DNA from: Saprospiraceae bacterium
Lineage (GTDB): Bacteria; Bacteroidota; Bacteroidia; Chitinophagales; Saprospiraceae
Length of the DNA stretch: 59,571 nucleotides
Direction of reading: 5' to 3'
Assembly (NCBI GenBank): GCA_016787545.1
Contig: JAEUUS010000144.1
Coordinates: 1-59,571 of the forward strand
The notes beneath the pieces were generated by a model, which was not told the DNA's origin, did not search any database, and saw only the letters and a program-made list of their open reading frames with translations. The position numbers were made by a program, and so were the translations under genes. This document shows positions 12,694 to 24,700 of this stretch, one piece after another. The first letter of the stretch is position 1, and the number at the start of each line of letters is the position of its first letter.

Positions 12694-14865
12694 CTACTGC
12701 TTCACATCGCCGTAAATCACCTTCATTTTCATGTTGTAAAACATAAATGACAGGATATCGGCAGATTCTTCAATGAGTTTGGAGGTAGGTTTGCCAGCGC
12801 CATGTCCAGCGCTTGTTTCAATCCGGATCAGGGTTGGATTTGTGCCTTGTTGCTGTTCCTGCAAAGCTGCTGCAAATTTGAAGGAGTGGGCTGGCACCAC
12901 CCGATCGTCGTGGTCGGCCGTGGTGACCATGGTGGCTGGGTAGGCCGTTTTTTTGACGTTGTGTAAGGGTGAATACTTGAGCAGACAAGGAAATTCTTCC
13001 GGGTTGTCAGATCTGCCATAATCTGTGGCCCATGCGTATCCGATGGTGAACTGATGATACCGGAGCATATCAAGCACTCCTACTGCCGGGAAACAAACGC
13101 CAAACAAATCCGGACGCTGGGTCATGCAGGCGCCCACCAATAATCCGCCATTTGATCCCCCCTGAATGGCCAAACGAGCCGGGGAGGTATATTTCTTTTC
13201 AATCAGATATTCTGCTGCTGCAATAAAATCGTCGAATACATTTTGCTTTTGGCATTTGGTACCTGCCTTGTGCCATTTTTCTCCAAATTCACCTCCTCCA
13301 CGAAGGTTTGCTACCACAAAAATGCCATTATTTTCCAGCAAAGCAGCCCTGGATGCGCTAAAGGTTGGGGTAAGGCTAATATTGAAGCCACCATAACCGT
13401 ACAACAAGGTTGGGTTTTGACCATCGTAGGCAATGTTCTTTTTACGGGTAATAAACATGGGCACTTTGGTGCCATCTTTACTGGCATACCATACCTGTTC
13501 TGTGGTGAATAAATCCGGGTTAAAATCAAGCTTAGGCGCCTTAAACACCTTAATTTCCAGGGTATTCATGTCCAAGCTGTAAATAGTGTTCGGACGCAGG
13601 AAAGAGGTAAACGCAAAGAAGGCCATTGGGTCGGAAGGTTTGCCACTGATGCCGCCAACGGTTCCAATTTCAGGCAATTTTACCTCCTGAATCAATTTTC
13701 CGGTCAGATCAAATACCCGCAAACTACTGGAGGCATGGTGCAGGTAGGTACAAACGATTTTACCGCCGCAAATCGAGGCGCTTTGTAACACGTCAGAAGG
13801 ATCTTCCGGAATTAAGGTTTCCCAGGCTGCCTCTTCTGCTTTTTTCGGATTCACCAAAATCAATCGTTGATTTGGAGCATTGTGATTGGTGAGGACCAAC
13901 AACTTTTCACCAATATTATCGATCATGGCAAAATCCTTGTCGTATGACGTCACAATGGGTGTAAAAACTTTGTCTCCTGCACTTAAATCCTTCACAAACA
14001 AGGCATTACCACTGGTGCTTTCCCAGCCCGACACAGTGAGGAAACGTTCGTCATCCGTGGTTCCGCCGCCAAAAGATCGATCCGGATGCGCCTTGTCGGC
14101 ATACACTAATTGATCGTCGGACTGAGGTTTTCCAAGCGAATGATAATACACTGCGCCAAATTTGTTGGCCGCTTTAAGCTCGTCTCCCTTTTTGGGTTCC
14201 GGGAATCGGGTATAATAAAATCCATTGCCTTGCCAGGAAATGCCACTAAATTTTACCCATTCAATTTTATCATCCAGCATCTGGCCGGTTTGGAGATCCT
14301 TGACAACGATGGTCCGCCAATCTGAACCGCCTACAGAGGTTGAATAAGCCAGGTAGCGACCGTCTTTGGAAAAATCCAGCTCTCCCAGTGAGGTAGTTCC
14401 ATCATCACTGAATTTGTTCGGATCCAGCACTATTTCAGCCTGACTGTTCAGATTTTCCTGTACATACAGCACACTTTGGTTCTGAAGTCCGTCGTTTTTG
14501 AAAAAGTAATATTTACCGCCTTCTTTGAAGGGTGGCGCGAATTTTTCAAAATTAAAAATCTGCTCCAAACGGTCTTTGACCTTTTCCCGAAAAGGAATTT
14601 GGCTCAGGTAGCCATTGGTAACAATGTTTTGCCTGGAAACCCAGTCTTTGGTTTCTGCACTCTGATCGTCCTCCAACCACCGATATGGATCGGAGATGGA
14701 AGTACCGTGATATTGATCTGACACAGTGGTATCCTTTCTGGTAGCAGGATAGGTAACCGGGATTTGTTTGAAGTCCATAACTGGATTAACAGGGGCGTTA
14801 TCTCCGCCATTACAGGCAACGAGAAGTGTGGTACAAGCGAGAATAGCAGTGGATATTTTCTTCAT
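12694..14865 (-). CDS. Prolyl oligopeptidase (S9A family), lipoprotein
   Basis: Start chosen at MKKISTAILACTTLLVAC (lipobox). Beta-propeller region plus peptidase domain with catalytic GGSNGGLL, DDRV and GHG motifs. Confidence 0.93.
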   Translation of the reverse strand: MKKISTAILACTTLLVACNGGDNAPVNPVMDFKQIPVTYPATRKDTTVSDQYHGTSISDPYRWLEDDQSAETKDWVSRQNIVTNGYLSQIPFREKVKDRLEQIFNFEKFAPPFKEGGKYYFFKNDGLQNQSVLYVQENLNSQAEIVLDPNKFSDDGTTSLGELDFSKDGRYLAYSTSVGGSDWRTIVVKDLQTGQMLDDKIEWVKFSGISWQGNGFYYTRFPEPKKGDELKAANKFGAVYYHSLGKPQSDDQLVYADKAHPDRSFGGGTTDDERFLTVSGWESTSGNALFVKDLSAGDKVFTPIVTSYDKDFAMIDNIGEKLLVLTNHNAPNQRLILVNPKKAEEAAWETLIPEDPSDVLQSASICGGKIVCTYLHHASSSLRVFDLTGKLIQEVKLPEIGTVGGISGKPSDPMAFFAFTSFLRPNTIYSLDMNTLEIKVFKAPKLDFNPDLFTTEQVWYASKDGTKVPMFITRKKNIAYDGQNPTLLYGYGGFNISLTPTFSASRAALLENNGIFVVANLRGGGEFGEKWHKAGTKCQKQNVFDDFIAAAEYLIEKKYTSPARLAIQGGSNGGLLVGACMTQRPDLFGVCFPAVGVLDMLRYHQFTIGYAWATDYGRSDNPEEFPCLLKYSPLHNVKKTAYPATMVTTADHDDRVVPAHSFKFAAALQEQQQGTNPTLIRIETSAGHGAGKPTSKLIEESADILSFMFYNMKMKVIYGDVKQ

Positions 14866-14939
14866 CATTTCGTTGATATTGAAAAATGCGAAGGCGAAAA
14901 ACCGTAAAGCCCGCTTACTTTTGCCCAAAAATAGACTAA

Positions 14940-16067
14940 ATGCACTCCCAAATAAGAATAAGCCTGTTTTCCGGTCTTTTGATGCTCATATTTAGCACTT
15001 TTGACATGTCTGCGCAAACCAGGCCGGAACCTCTTCCACCTTTGGATAGCGTATCGTTCCAGGATATGCAATCGCATTTTGGAACGCTTTTTACCACAGC
15101 AACCACGCTGAAACAGTTATTACAGGAAAAAGAAGGCGCGGCTGATAGTTTGCAGGGGACAGCCATGCAACTATGGAGCTTGGCCAAAAAGGATTCTACC
15201 CTGGCTAAAACCACATTGGACTCCCTCAATAAAGAGGCTAAAATGGCTAAGGACCGATTCAAAAAAATTAATGGACACCATATAAGGGCAATCAAGCTTA
15301 GTCAATGGCTGGAGTCGATACCTGTTGAAGATAGTGTCTCCATCCGAAAAAACCTGCCTAAAGCATGGAAACAAACCCGGCAATTATTTGACGATGTGTA
15401 TCCTCCGGCTCCGGCACCGGTTGTGGAGCAACCTGCAACAGCGCAAGATTCCAGTGCTTTGATTACACCTGTGGAGCCCAGCAAACCTATTGTTTCCCAA
15501 ACCAGCGTACTGGTCAAACAAACCGTGAAATACAATCCTGCCAATGACGTCATGCTCAGGCCTTCAACACCGCCTTGCGCTATTGCTGCTACTTCCCGTG
15601 ACGAATTTTCAGGTGAGATTTCCAAAGAAATGACCCGAAGTGAGTGGTTCAGATATACAAATCCGGCCCTTAAAAATTACTTACAAGGTAAAACACATGT
15701 TATCTGCGAAGCAGCACTCGCTACTACCGGCCCGAATACCGCGCTGTTGCTTACATTCACCATTCAAGATGCCAATGCACGAAAAGCATTTGGCCGACTT
15801 GAACAAAACAGCATAGCGGTGATCAAATTTTTAGACGGCAGTAGTTTCACCCTCCAAAATGCGGTACCTGATGAAGGAATTTACAATCCGGAAACAGAAA
15901 TCATGACCTACCGGGCACGATATACTTTAAATGCAGAAGTAGTAAAAAGACTGAGACGAAATGAAGTAGATAAAGTCCGCATTGCCTGGAGCAAGGGATA
16001 TGAGGATTACGAGGTACAACAAGTAGATTTACTCATCCGGCAGGCCGCCTGCCTTTTTGGGAAATAA
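14940..16067 (+). CDS. Hypothetical secreted protein
   Basis: 375 aa with an N-terminal signal-like segment (LLMLIFSTFDMSAQ), a coiled-coil-like N-terminal half, a Pro-rich linker and a C-terminal globular part. No motif recognised. Confidence 0.7.
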   Translation: MHSQIRISLFSGLLMLIFSTFDMSAQTRPEPLPPLDSVSFQDMQSHFGTLFTTATTLKQLLQEKEGAADSLQGTAMQLWSLAKKDSTLAKTTLDSLNKEAKMAKDRFKKINGHHIRAIKLSQWLESIPVEDSVSIRKNLPKAWKQTRQLFDDVYPPAPAPVVEQPATAQDSSALITPVEPSKPIVSQTSVLVKQTVKYNPANDVMLRPSTPPCAIAATSRDEFSGEISKEMTRSEWFRYTNPALKNYLQGKTHVICEAALATTGPNTALLLTFTIQDANARKAFGRLEQNSIAVIKFLDGSSFTLQNAVPDEGIYNPETEIMTYRARYTLNAEVVKRLRRNEVDKVRIAWSKGYEDYEVQQVDLLIRQAACLFGK

Positions 16068-16083
16068 TTCCGTAAAAAAACAA

Positions 16084-17094
16084 ATGACCATTCAACAAAA
16101 CGTTTCGCTCAAGTCATTTAATACGTTTGGATTAGATGTAAAGGCGGCCAGATTTGCAGAAATCAATAGCCTGGCGTCGCTACAGGCATGTATTAAATCT
16201 GGCATCAAACCCATTTTGATATTAGGCGGAGGCAGTAATATGTTGCTCACCGGTGACCAGCAATCCTTGGTGGTAAAAAACAATCTGACCGGAATAAACG
16301 TCATTAAATCCTTCCGGAATAAGGTTTGGGTGGAGGCCGGAGGTGGCGAGAATTGGCATCAATTTGTGGGGTGGGCTGTTCAAAACGGCCTGGGTGGCGT
16401 GGAAAACCTGAGCCTTATTCCCGGCACGGTAGGAGCATCTCCCATTCAAAATATTGGTGCATACGGGGTGGAGTTGAAAGACGTATTTGTTCGGTTAAAA
16501 GCTGTTTCGCTGGAAACCGGGAAAACCAAAACATTCCGGCGTCATGACTGCAGGTTTGGCTATCGGGACAGCGTTTTCAAACAGGAAGAAAGAGGGAAAT
16601 GGTGCATAACATCTGTGGTCTTTTCCCTGACCAGGCATCAACACAGACTGAATACCTCATATGGCGACATTCAAAAAACGCTTGAATCCAATGGGGTAGA
16701 AAAACCTGGCATAGCTGATATCAGTCGGGCTGTTATTCAAATCCGGTCGTCCAAATTGCCTGATCCTGCTAAAATCGGGAATTGCGGTTCATTTTTCAAA
16801 AATCCGGAAACCTCACCGGCGATACTGCAAGCCATTTTGGCGACACATCCTCAAGCGCCGCATTATCCATTACAAAATGGTCAGGTAAAAATACCGGCGG
16901 GCTGGCTGATCGAACAATGCGGTTGGAAAGGCAAACGCGTGGGCAATACCGGCTGCTACGAAAAGCAGGCACTGGTATTAGTCAATTATGGAGGAGCAAC
17001 AGGCCAGGAAGTAAAAAATCTGGCCTACGCCATAATTGAATCCGTACATCAAAAGTTTGGCATTGAATTAGAACCAGAGGTGAATCTGCTGTAG
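16084..17094 (+). CDS. murB: UDP-N-acetylenolpyruvoylglucosamine reductase
   Basis: Start at MTIQQNVSLKSFNTFGLDV. FAD-binding domain (ILGGGSNML) and MurB C-terminal domain (CGSFFKNP, AGWLIEQCGWKG). Confidence 0.93.
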   Translation: MTIQQNVSLKSFNTFGLDVKAARFAEINSLASLQACIKSGIKPILILGGGSNMLLTGDQQSLVVKNNLTGINVIKSFRNKVWVEAGGGENWHQFVGWAVQNGLGGVENLSLIPGTVGASPIQNIGAYGVELKDVFVRLKAVSLETGKTKTFRRHDCRFGYRDSVFKQEERGKWCITSVVFSLTRHQHRLNTSYGDIQKTLESNGVEKPGIADISRAVIQIRSSKLPDPAKIGNCGSFFKNPETSPAILQAILATHPQAPHYPLQNGQVKIPAGWLIEQCGWKGKRVGNTGCYEKQALVLVNYGGATGQEVKNLAYAIIESVHQKFGIELEPEVNLL

Positions 17095-17179
17095 CACGTT
17101 TGTTGCGCACAACCCAAGCCTTGAAATCTGGCAACTTTCCTTACGAACTGTAAATCAACGTATTGCAAGATTAGAGATA

Positions 17180-17213
17180 AAAAAAGCCGCCAAGTCTTTT
17201 CGACTTGGCGGCT
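17180..17213 (-). terminator. Rho-independent terminator (minus strand)
   Basis: agccgccaagtc/gacttggcggct forms a 12-bp stem. On the minus strand it is followed by TTTTT. It lies 176 nt downstream of the stop at 17389. Confidence 0.55.
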
Positions 17214-17388
17214 CACAACATAACCATGAAAACAATTAACCAATCAAATGTTAGCCCTTTCTGAATATGTTGTTTTCGAAAACCGTGCCAAAAAGCCCGG
17301 TATGAAAAAAAATCTAACCTGAAATGTGTTAAATTTTTTTTGAATAGCTTCTGATGATTCCGAATGCCTGTTATGATACAGGATCTTC

Positions 17389-20300
17389 CTATTTTTTAAT
17401 GATTTTAGTCACAAAAGCCCTGTTTCCAACTTTTACCCTGGCAAAATAAATGCCCGCTGGATGTTTGTCTAAAATCACCATTCCTTTTAAGGTCTGATCC
17501 CAACGCACCAGCCTCAGTTGTTGAACAACCTGACCTTTTACATCCATTACCTCACACAGGTGTGATTGTTCACCCTCCAATGCCGGCAATTCCAATTGAG
17601 CCATTCCACTTGTTGGATTAGGATAAACCACCATCCTGCGGTTGGCGCCTGGTTCCACGGTGCTTACCGTACATAAATCAACTTCGGTTTGGTACGCACA
17701 ATTGTTGGCATCTAAAGCTTGAACAAAATAAATGCCTATGTTCAGGTTATCAAAAACCGGATCAGACTGGAAGTTGCCGCCGTTCAGGCTGAACTGATAG
17801 GGCGCTGTGCCTCCGGATGGAATCATGGTAATCTTTCCATTGGTAGGAGATGGGCACTCAACGGTAGTATTCACCAAAAAATTACTGCAAAGATCCTGTG
17901 TGCAAAAATTGGCAACCAGTTCCGTACCGAAATTACCACCCAAATAGGTCCACAAAGAACCACCCAAAGGAGAAAAGAGGTCAACAATTCCACCGTCCAT
18001 TCCATTTCCACCGGTATCAAAAAGGTGGAAGGTATAACACTTGTCTTTTTCCAGACACAACTCCTGACCATAGGCTCCAAAAGCCGTAGGGTATGGTCCT
18101 CCGGACGCAACTACATTATTCTGGTCGTCCTTTACCTGCCAGGTATTCTGCTCCGGATTGCCATTGGTGTTGAAAAACAATTGAACAGGGAATCCATCCG
18201 GAATGATGGTAAAACTGGTACTTCCACCATCATTATCCGGAAATTCGTCCTCTCCCTGCCCTTGAACATTGGTGATATTCAAATCCACAGTATTCAATCC
18301 GAGTTGCAAACCCTGGACGAAAACCAAAAATTCCGTTTCCTGATCAGGAGGAAGCAAAAGCGTAACCGGAAGTGTAGGTTGCGGAACGCCATTAGCTACA
18401 ATTTCCATGTCAAAGTTGATCTCTTCGCCTAAGCCATTGTTCCGAATCAGGGCGCCAACAAACGCAAAACTCGGATCGTTACAAGCTTGAACCGGACGAA
18501 CACTTACTATTTCCAATTCACGATTGGCCCGGTTTTTCACTACCGCAGAGATAAGATCGTTATTAGGTTTTTGATCGCCAGGCACTGTTGCTTTCAGGTC
18601 GAATTGATAGCTATTGCCCACGATGCTCAGATCTTCTGTGGTTGAAAATGTATAGTTAGCAGTAGCGCCGGCATTGACCGTATTGCTGAAAGTTTCTGTT
18701 TTCCAGGCGCCTCCATTAACGCGATAAGACAATTCAATGCCTGTTTGTGGAGTCAGACCAAAATTGCGAAAACTGATTTTAATCGATTCATTTACAGTAA
18801 GTCCCGGGCCAGACACGGGTGCCGTAAGACTAAAGGCGCCAACATCGATATTAGACCGGGTTGGTGTACAAATATTGAACAATTGGGCATCCGGGGAAGC
18901 GTCTGTCACTTCAACCAGCACATTGCCGTAGATATCCAAAAGTCTGAAATGCCCTTGCCAATGGAACGAGTTTGCCTTTACATAAAACTTGTAACAAGTG
19001 CCGTCCTCACTACAGATCTGGGTGAAACCCTGGCCTGCACTCATTTCTCCCAGGGCAAGCAGCACATCCGTTTGGCTCCGTAATTCCCAACCCAATACAC
19101 CTGTAACAGTTTCCGCTTCAGCGGTGAGGTAGGTTCCATCCAGGTTGCCTATGAATTTGATGGCAGAAAGCGTATCATTCGATGTTCTTTCGTCCTGTAC
19201 GCCATTCGGCTCAGACGTAAAAATCTTTAACCCGTTCAAGCCATCCTGGATCCCTGTTGCGTGAAGGTCAATGGTATCCTTGGCGCCAGCTGCCAGATTT
19301 CCAGTCCATTGATAAATGTTAAATGGCTGATTATTGATCCTCCAGTGAATCTTGGCACTGGTAAGCGGTAAACCTGATGCATTCCTAAAAATAATGCCGA
19401 AATCCGTTTCAGATCCGCAGACTAATCCCGGGAGGTTATATCGCCCAACTGCCGCCACATCGTTGGAGGTAAGTTTCTGGACCACCGCTTTGAGTGTATC
19501 ATTCCGGACAAATTGATCGGGTGAATAATGCGTGATGATTTGCACCTGATAGTCAACTCCCACCACCGGCATATCCACTGTAGCTGCAAAGGTGTAATCC
19601 AAAGTCTGGCCTGCAGGTATTTGGCCAGGCACCGCTTCTGTTGCAATCAGGTTGCCGTCAAGCAGTAGAGAAACAGAAAAACCTTCTGCCGTAACCAGGC
19701 CTCCATTGAGAATTTTTACCTGAACGGCTTCCCCGTTGCTCAACAACGCGGAAGATTGTGGCGCCAGCAAGACAATAGGTTTGATGTCAAAGGTATCCAC
19801 CTGAAGTTTGAAAGCGCCGATGCGGGTACCCCAGTTAGCGTTTCCAGGTTGATATTCTCCTGTAAACCAAAAGGTTCGACCATCCTCTGGGTCTACGCTC
19901 ATATTACTGTAATCGCCCCAACGGTTGGATTGGGTATGGTTTTGCGCGCCCGGAGCGAGTGGAAACTCCTCTACTGGCATCTCACCTGGTGGATCTGTAA
20001 ATCTGCGTCCACTCAGATACAAACCCGGAAAAACCGACGGCCCGACACCTGAATAGCCCAAGGCAATATTTCCTGCTTCATCCGTACAAATAGTACCCAT
20101 AAAACGGTTCGTTTCATGGTCCGGTGCATAGGTACCCTGTTGGTGGATCTGCCAGTTACCGGCGCCTGATTTGCGCAATTCATACCAGCGTACTGCAGCA
20201 TCTCCACCATCGCCAACCTGACTGGAGATATCAGAAACGTGATTTAGAACCACCGATTCATGCGTTCCAAAATTTCGATATGGCGCTCGGTACATGATAA

Positions 20301-21432
20301 TATTTTCCAGCGCTGTCAACCTTGGAGCTCCGGCATCTGGCTGCTCTATACAGTCAAAAAGCCCTCCGCCAAAGCAAACCCGGGTTTCAAAAGGCGCCGG
20401 GAATACTTTTTCCGGGCCTGAAAGATTACTTTGTGAGGCATCATTCCAGTTAACGTTCACCTCCCAAATCTGCAGGTGGTCCTGACCGCCATCCCAACCA
20501 TCATCATATACCCGGAAGATATACCCAGGGCTGCCGGCAGGAGGAGGCGTTGGCCCCTCCCAATCTGCACCAGTAGCTGGCTGGTAAATAATGGCCTCAT
20601 AATTGGGCATCACAAAACGATACAGGTCAAAGAACGGCTCACCGTTCAAAATAGCTTCCCGTTCCAGTGCGTATCCGGAACATTCATTGCCGCCGGATAT
20701 TTCATTTACTGTAATGAAATAGGCATTTGGCCAAACATAGAGCTTGGGATAGTCTCCAAACCCCTGTGTTTGAAACCGATAAGCCTTCCAGGAACCGGTT
20801 GGGTCGCTGTCGTCTGAAATAGCCAGCAACAATTCATTGGTAAAAAAGCCCTGCAATTCCATAATCAACCAGCGGTCTGCATCATGGTCATATTGTACAA
20901 TCGGGTCACCAATACTGCCGGAATTTACCTGCCCCCAAATAGTAGAGCTCAGAACCGGGCCAAAAACGGGTTGACCGGTGGCTTTATCCCAAACCTGCAT
21001 CCAGGATCCGCCACTGGCGTTGGTCATTTGCAGGTAATGGTTTTTCCCGATATCGCCAGTGGGATCAGGAGGGGTAATACCTCCCGGATCGCGCAAACCT
21101 TCAATATTATGGATCAAAGTTACCTCAGGCCCACCTTCCCGGTTGTCTGCCTTGAGTGTTGCCAAAGGATCGCCATCCTGAGGTTCTGCGTTCGGATTGT
21201 TAAGTTTATTGGCAAAAAAGTAATTCCGCTTTTGAGCCAGTTTGGCTGGAATTTCCTTAGGTATTTCCGTTTGTGGTTTCAGGGTGCGAAGGGCTGGTAT
21301 AGCGCCCAGATATTCTCCCTTTGAGATGGAAGGAGGATATGTCTGTGGCGGGTCGTCCATCCGAATGGTCTTTTGCGCCGACAACGCAGAAAGGCAACAC
21401 AAGCACAGACAAAGGGCAAGGATTTGTTTCAT
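17389..21432 (-). CDS. Giant T9SS-secreted protein (N-terminal propeller-like region, CARDB-like Ig domains, SprB repeat, Por C-terminal domain)
   Basis: Start at MKQILALCLCLCCLSALSAQ (21432). Repeated Ig-like modules with the CARDB signature (...AGQTLDYTFAATVD...). SprB repeat (PSGGTAPYQFSLNGG). C-terminal VVYPNPTSGMAQLEL...HPAGIYFARV. Confidence 0.85.
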   Translation of the reverse strand: MKQILALCLCLCCLSALSAQKTIRMDDPPQTYPPSISKGEYLGAIPALRTLKPQTEIPKEIPAKLAQKRNYFFANKLNNPNAEPQDGDPLATLKADNREGGPEVTLIHNIEGLRDPGGITPPDPTGDIGKNHYLQMTNASGGSWMQVWDKATGQPVFGPVLSSTIWGQVNSGSIGDPIVQYDHDADRWLIMELQGFFTNELLLAISDDSDPTGSWKAYRFQTQGFGDYPKLYVWPNAYFITVNEISGGNECSGYALEREAILNGEPFFDLYRFVMPNYEAIIYQPATGADWEGPTPPPAGSPGYIFRVYDDGWDGGQDHLQIWEVNVNWNDASQSNLSGPEKVFPAPFETRVCFGGGLFDCIEQPDAGAPRLTALENIIMYRAPYRNFGTHESVVLNHVSDISSQVGDGGDAAVRWYELRKSGAGNWQIHQQGTYAPDHETNRFMGTICTDEAGNIALGYSGVGPSVFPGLYLSGRRFTDPPGEMPVEEFPLAPGAQNHTQSNRWGDYSNMSVDPEDGRTFWFTGEYQPGNANWGTRIGAFKLQVDTFDIKPIVLLAPQSSALLSNGEAVQVKILNGGLVTAEGFSVSLLLDGNLIATEAVPGQIPAGQTLDYTFAATVDMPVVGVDYQVQIITHYSPDQFVRNDTLKAVVQKLTSNDVAAVGRYNLPGLVCGSETDFGIIFRNASGLPLTSAKIHWRINNQPFNIYQWTGNLAAGAKDTIDLHATGIQDGLNGLKIFTSEPNGVQDERTSNDTLSAIKFIGNLDGTYLTAEAETVTGVLGWELRSQTDVLLALGEMSAGQGFTQICSEDGTCYKFYVKANSFHWQGHFRLLDIYGNVLVEVTDASPDAQLFNICTPTRSNIDVGAFSLTAPVSGPGLTVNESIKISFRNFGLTPQTGIELSYRVNGGAWKTETFSNTVNAGATANYTFSTTEDLSIVGNSYQFDLKATVPGDQKPNNDLISAVVKNRANRELEIVSVRPVQACNDPSFAFVGALIRNNGLGEEINFDMEIVANGVPQPTLPVTLLLPPDQETEFLVFVQGLQLGLNTVDLNITNVQGQGEDEFPDNDGGSTSFTIIPDGFPVQLFFNTNGNPEQNTWQVKDDQNNVVASGGPYPTAFGAYGQELCLEKDKCYTFHLFDTGGNGMDGGIVDLFSPLGGSLWTYLGGNFGTELVANFCTQDLCSNFLVNTTVECPSPTNGKITMIPSGGTAPYQFSLNGGNFQSDPVFDNLNIGIYFVQALDANNCAYQTEVDLCTVSTVEPGANRRMVVYPNPTSGMAQLELPALEGEQSHLCEVMDVKGQVVQQLRLVRWDQTLKGMVILDKHPAGIYFARVKVGNRAFVTKIIKK

Positions 21433-21742
21433 GAAAAGTGGAAAATTTGTTTGAATTGGCAAAAAACAATTTGGCATTGTCATACAGTCAGACTGAGTTT
21501 GACCCGCCAAAATAGGAGTAAATTTTAGCTATTGATTCCAGGAATTTACAAATTGGACAGCGGCTGACGGAAGTTTAGGTCAGAGTTCTACCCAAAATAC
21601 CTTCAGACATACCTTAATCCGGGTATTTACGCCTGAAAATAACTTTCGGTTTGCCGACATATTGAAACTTTCCCACTGTTGGCTGGCTAAGGTTTGTTAC
21701 GTTTGTCGTGCCGCAGCAAATAACCTTAAACTTCTCTTTTCT

Positions 21743-24700
21743 ATGTTTCGATCAGCCGCCCGAATAATATTTTCATTGGCGTTCTTTTTTCATAACAATC
21801 TGGTTTTCAGTCAGGATCCTGATTGTCCCGCTCCAACATTTTTTAAAACCTTTGGACAAGTGGACCGCAGTGAGTTCGCCACTGCCATTACCCATACTCC
21901 GGATGGCAATCTGTATGTAACAGGAAGAAACAATAACCGGACGTTTATCCAGAAAATATCTCTCTCCGGGCAGGTAATCTGGATGCGTGATTTTCAAATC
22001 AGTCCATTTGAACCCATCACCCCGGCCGAAATCATCGTAGATTCTGAAGGTATGATTGTGGGTTGCGGTACACAGGCCCAGTTTGCCGGAGCGCGTCGGG
22101 GATTTGTGTTTCGATATAACCCCAATTTGAACACTGTTCTTTGGGCCCATCCCATTGCCAGTAACAATCCGGTAGCAGGAGGGATTTTAGAAAATGGCGC
22201 TGGTGGCCATTATGTTTATTACCATAACCCCATTCTCAATAACGGCGAATCCGACATTGAAGTTCTGAATCTGGACAGGACAACAGGAGCTGTAATTCCT
22301 GCATTTGCCCGCAGGTATGAATTTGTTTCCTCCGATCGACTTTCCAAAATGATTACGGTAAACGGATCCTTGTTTGGCGTGGGTTGGAGCGAAGTGGATT
22401 CCAATACCACTGATTTTAGAAGAGTATTGCTCGCTCGATTTGATCCGGTGAATGGTGAACCTATCTGGGCACGATTAGGCCACCTTGATTTCACCCAACA
22501 AGCCGACCTCTACGGCCGGGATTTGATTGCCGATGGCGATGCATTGATTTCCTCTTACATCGGCACTACTGCCGGAACGCCCGGGGTGTACCAACTATTT
22601 TTACAAAAAACAAACCTGGATGGAATCATTGAATGGGTGCGCAGCTACAATGTATATTCCAGTGCTACCAAACTGCTGAGCGTGCCGGATGGATATGTCA
22701 TTTATGGCAATCGATTAGGCAATGAACACATCGTGTTGAAAACAGATAAAGACGGGGAAGTACTTTGGAGTAAAATGATAGATTTTGGGCCGGTTGGTCA
22801 AACAGATGAGGGCAATTTACCACCCAATATGGGCGTAGCTGCGGCAGATTCCCTTTACTTCGCCGGTATTTCCACCTCCGGAGTAAGTGATGTTTCACTC
22901 TGGAAAATATTGAATGATGGTACTATGGTTGACTCCTGTGATTATGTGGATAGCCTTTCAGTACAATCAACATTGGTAATTAATCCAGGTAATATTCCAG
23001 TTGACCTGCAAAACACCATTAGTACCGCGGTTTTTACCAATGCCACCCCCGCATTAACCGACAATTCTCTTGCCGAAACCCTGGTTTGCCCGGATTGTAC
23101 GGAGCCTGATCCCTGCCCGGAAAACAACGACTTTGGCGTCATCTTCACCGGTTTAGACTGCGTTAATGGTAAAATTCAGTTAGGCATCAGTTTCTGTGAT
23201 TTTGATGGCGGGCTGTTGTCCGACAATCTTTCGATCAGTATTTACAACGGCAATCCGTTTACAGAACCGGCAGACCGGTTGCACACCTTTGCACATGACT
23301 CCATATCGTTTACTTTAGTACAGAACTGCTCCAACGAGTTATTGGTAGATTTGACCGCTTTGTTTGGAGCTGCCAATGTGGAAGACGGGGATCAACTTTA
23401 TGTTGTAGTCAATGATCCCGGTGACACAAACACACCGTATTCCTTGGGTGATTTTCCACTGTCACACCTTGCAGAATGTGATTACACCAACAACATGGAT
23501 AGCCTGACGGTTAATTTACCAACGGCGCCCACCCTCCACCTCGGCGCTGATCAGGTTATTTGTGCCAATCAGTCTGTTACCCTGGATGCTGGAGCCGGTT
23601 TTTATCGTTATCAATGGTCAAATGGTGCAACAACCCAAAGCACTACTATTTCTTTTGGTGGAAATTACCGCGTAACAGTGACCGATATTTGTGGTTTCAG
23701 ACAGTTTGATACCGTTCAGATTCAAGTGCTTCAATTGCCTTTGGTGCAGGAAAGCGGATCCTTTTGTCCGGGTAAATCGGTAACCATTCGCGGGTTTACG
23801 TTTGATCAAACCGGGAATTTCCAAAAAACAATTCCCGGATTAAATGGCGATTGCGATACTGTGGCTACATTTAATATTAGCCAACTCCCCTATCAGGAAA
23901 AGATTATTAATGTCAACTTCTGTCCGTTTACCACGGTTACCATTAACGGACAAACCTATGAGGATAGCGGCTTGGTTCGTGACACAGTTCCTTCCGCAGT
24001 TGGCTGTGATACCATCTTGTTGTATTTCCTCAACCAACTGCCACTTCCATTCCGGAATCTGCATTTTGAGATTTGTCCTGGCGATTCCGTCAAGTTCAAC
24101 GGAAGTGTTTACTACCAGCCTACGTCCTTTATGGACACCCTTTACAGTACCGGATTTGGCTGCGATACGGCGGTAACCGTTACCATTTCTTTGTTGCAAA
24201 ACGTGGAAATATCCGACACGCTGCGTTTTTGCCCCGGAAGCTCAGTGGTCATTGGCGGCCAAAGCTACACCCAACCCGGAATTGTTCAAGCCTACCTGCC
24301 TGCAACTACAGGCTGCGATACTCTGGTTAACTACCATCTGGAATGGCTTCCGGCGCCTACACTTTCAGAATCAGTCACCTTCTGCCCGGGGTCCTCGGTT
24401 ACCATCAACGGGCAAAGCTATACGCAGCCCGGAACGGTGATAGTCACCATACCCGGTACGGGGGGCGGTTGTGATACGGTGATTACGTACAACTTATCCT
24501 ATGTAAATCTGCCTCCTTCCAATCTGAGCATCAGTTGTCCGAATACGGTAAATGTGGCCACTACCCCTGGCACAGGGCCGGTACCGGTAAATTTTGCAGC
24601 TGCAACGGCTAACAGCGATTGTGCCTGCGATGACATGGACATTAGTCAGACAAGCGGCCCTGCTTCCGGCGCCTTGTTCCCGGTGGGCAATACCCAGGTT

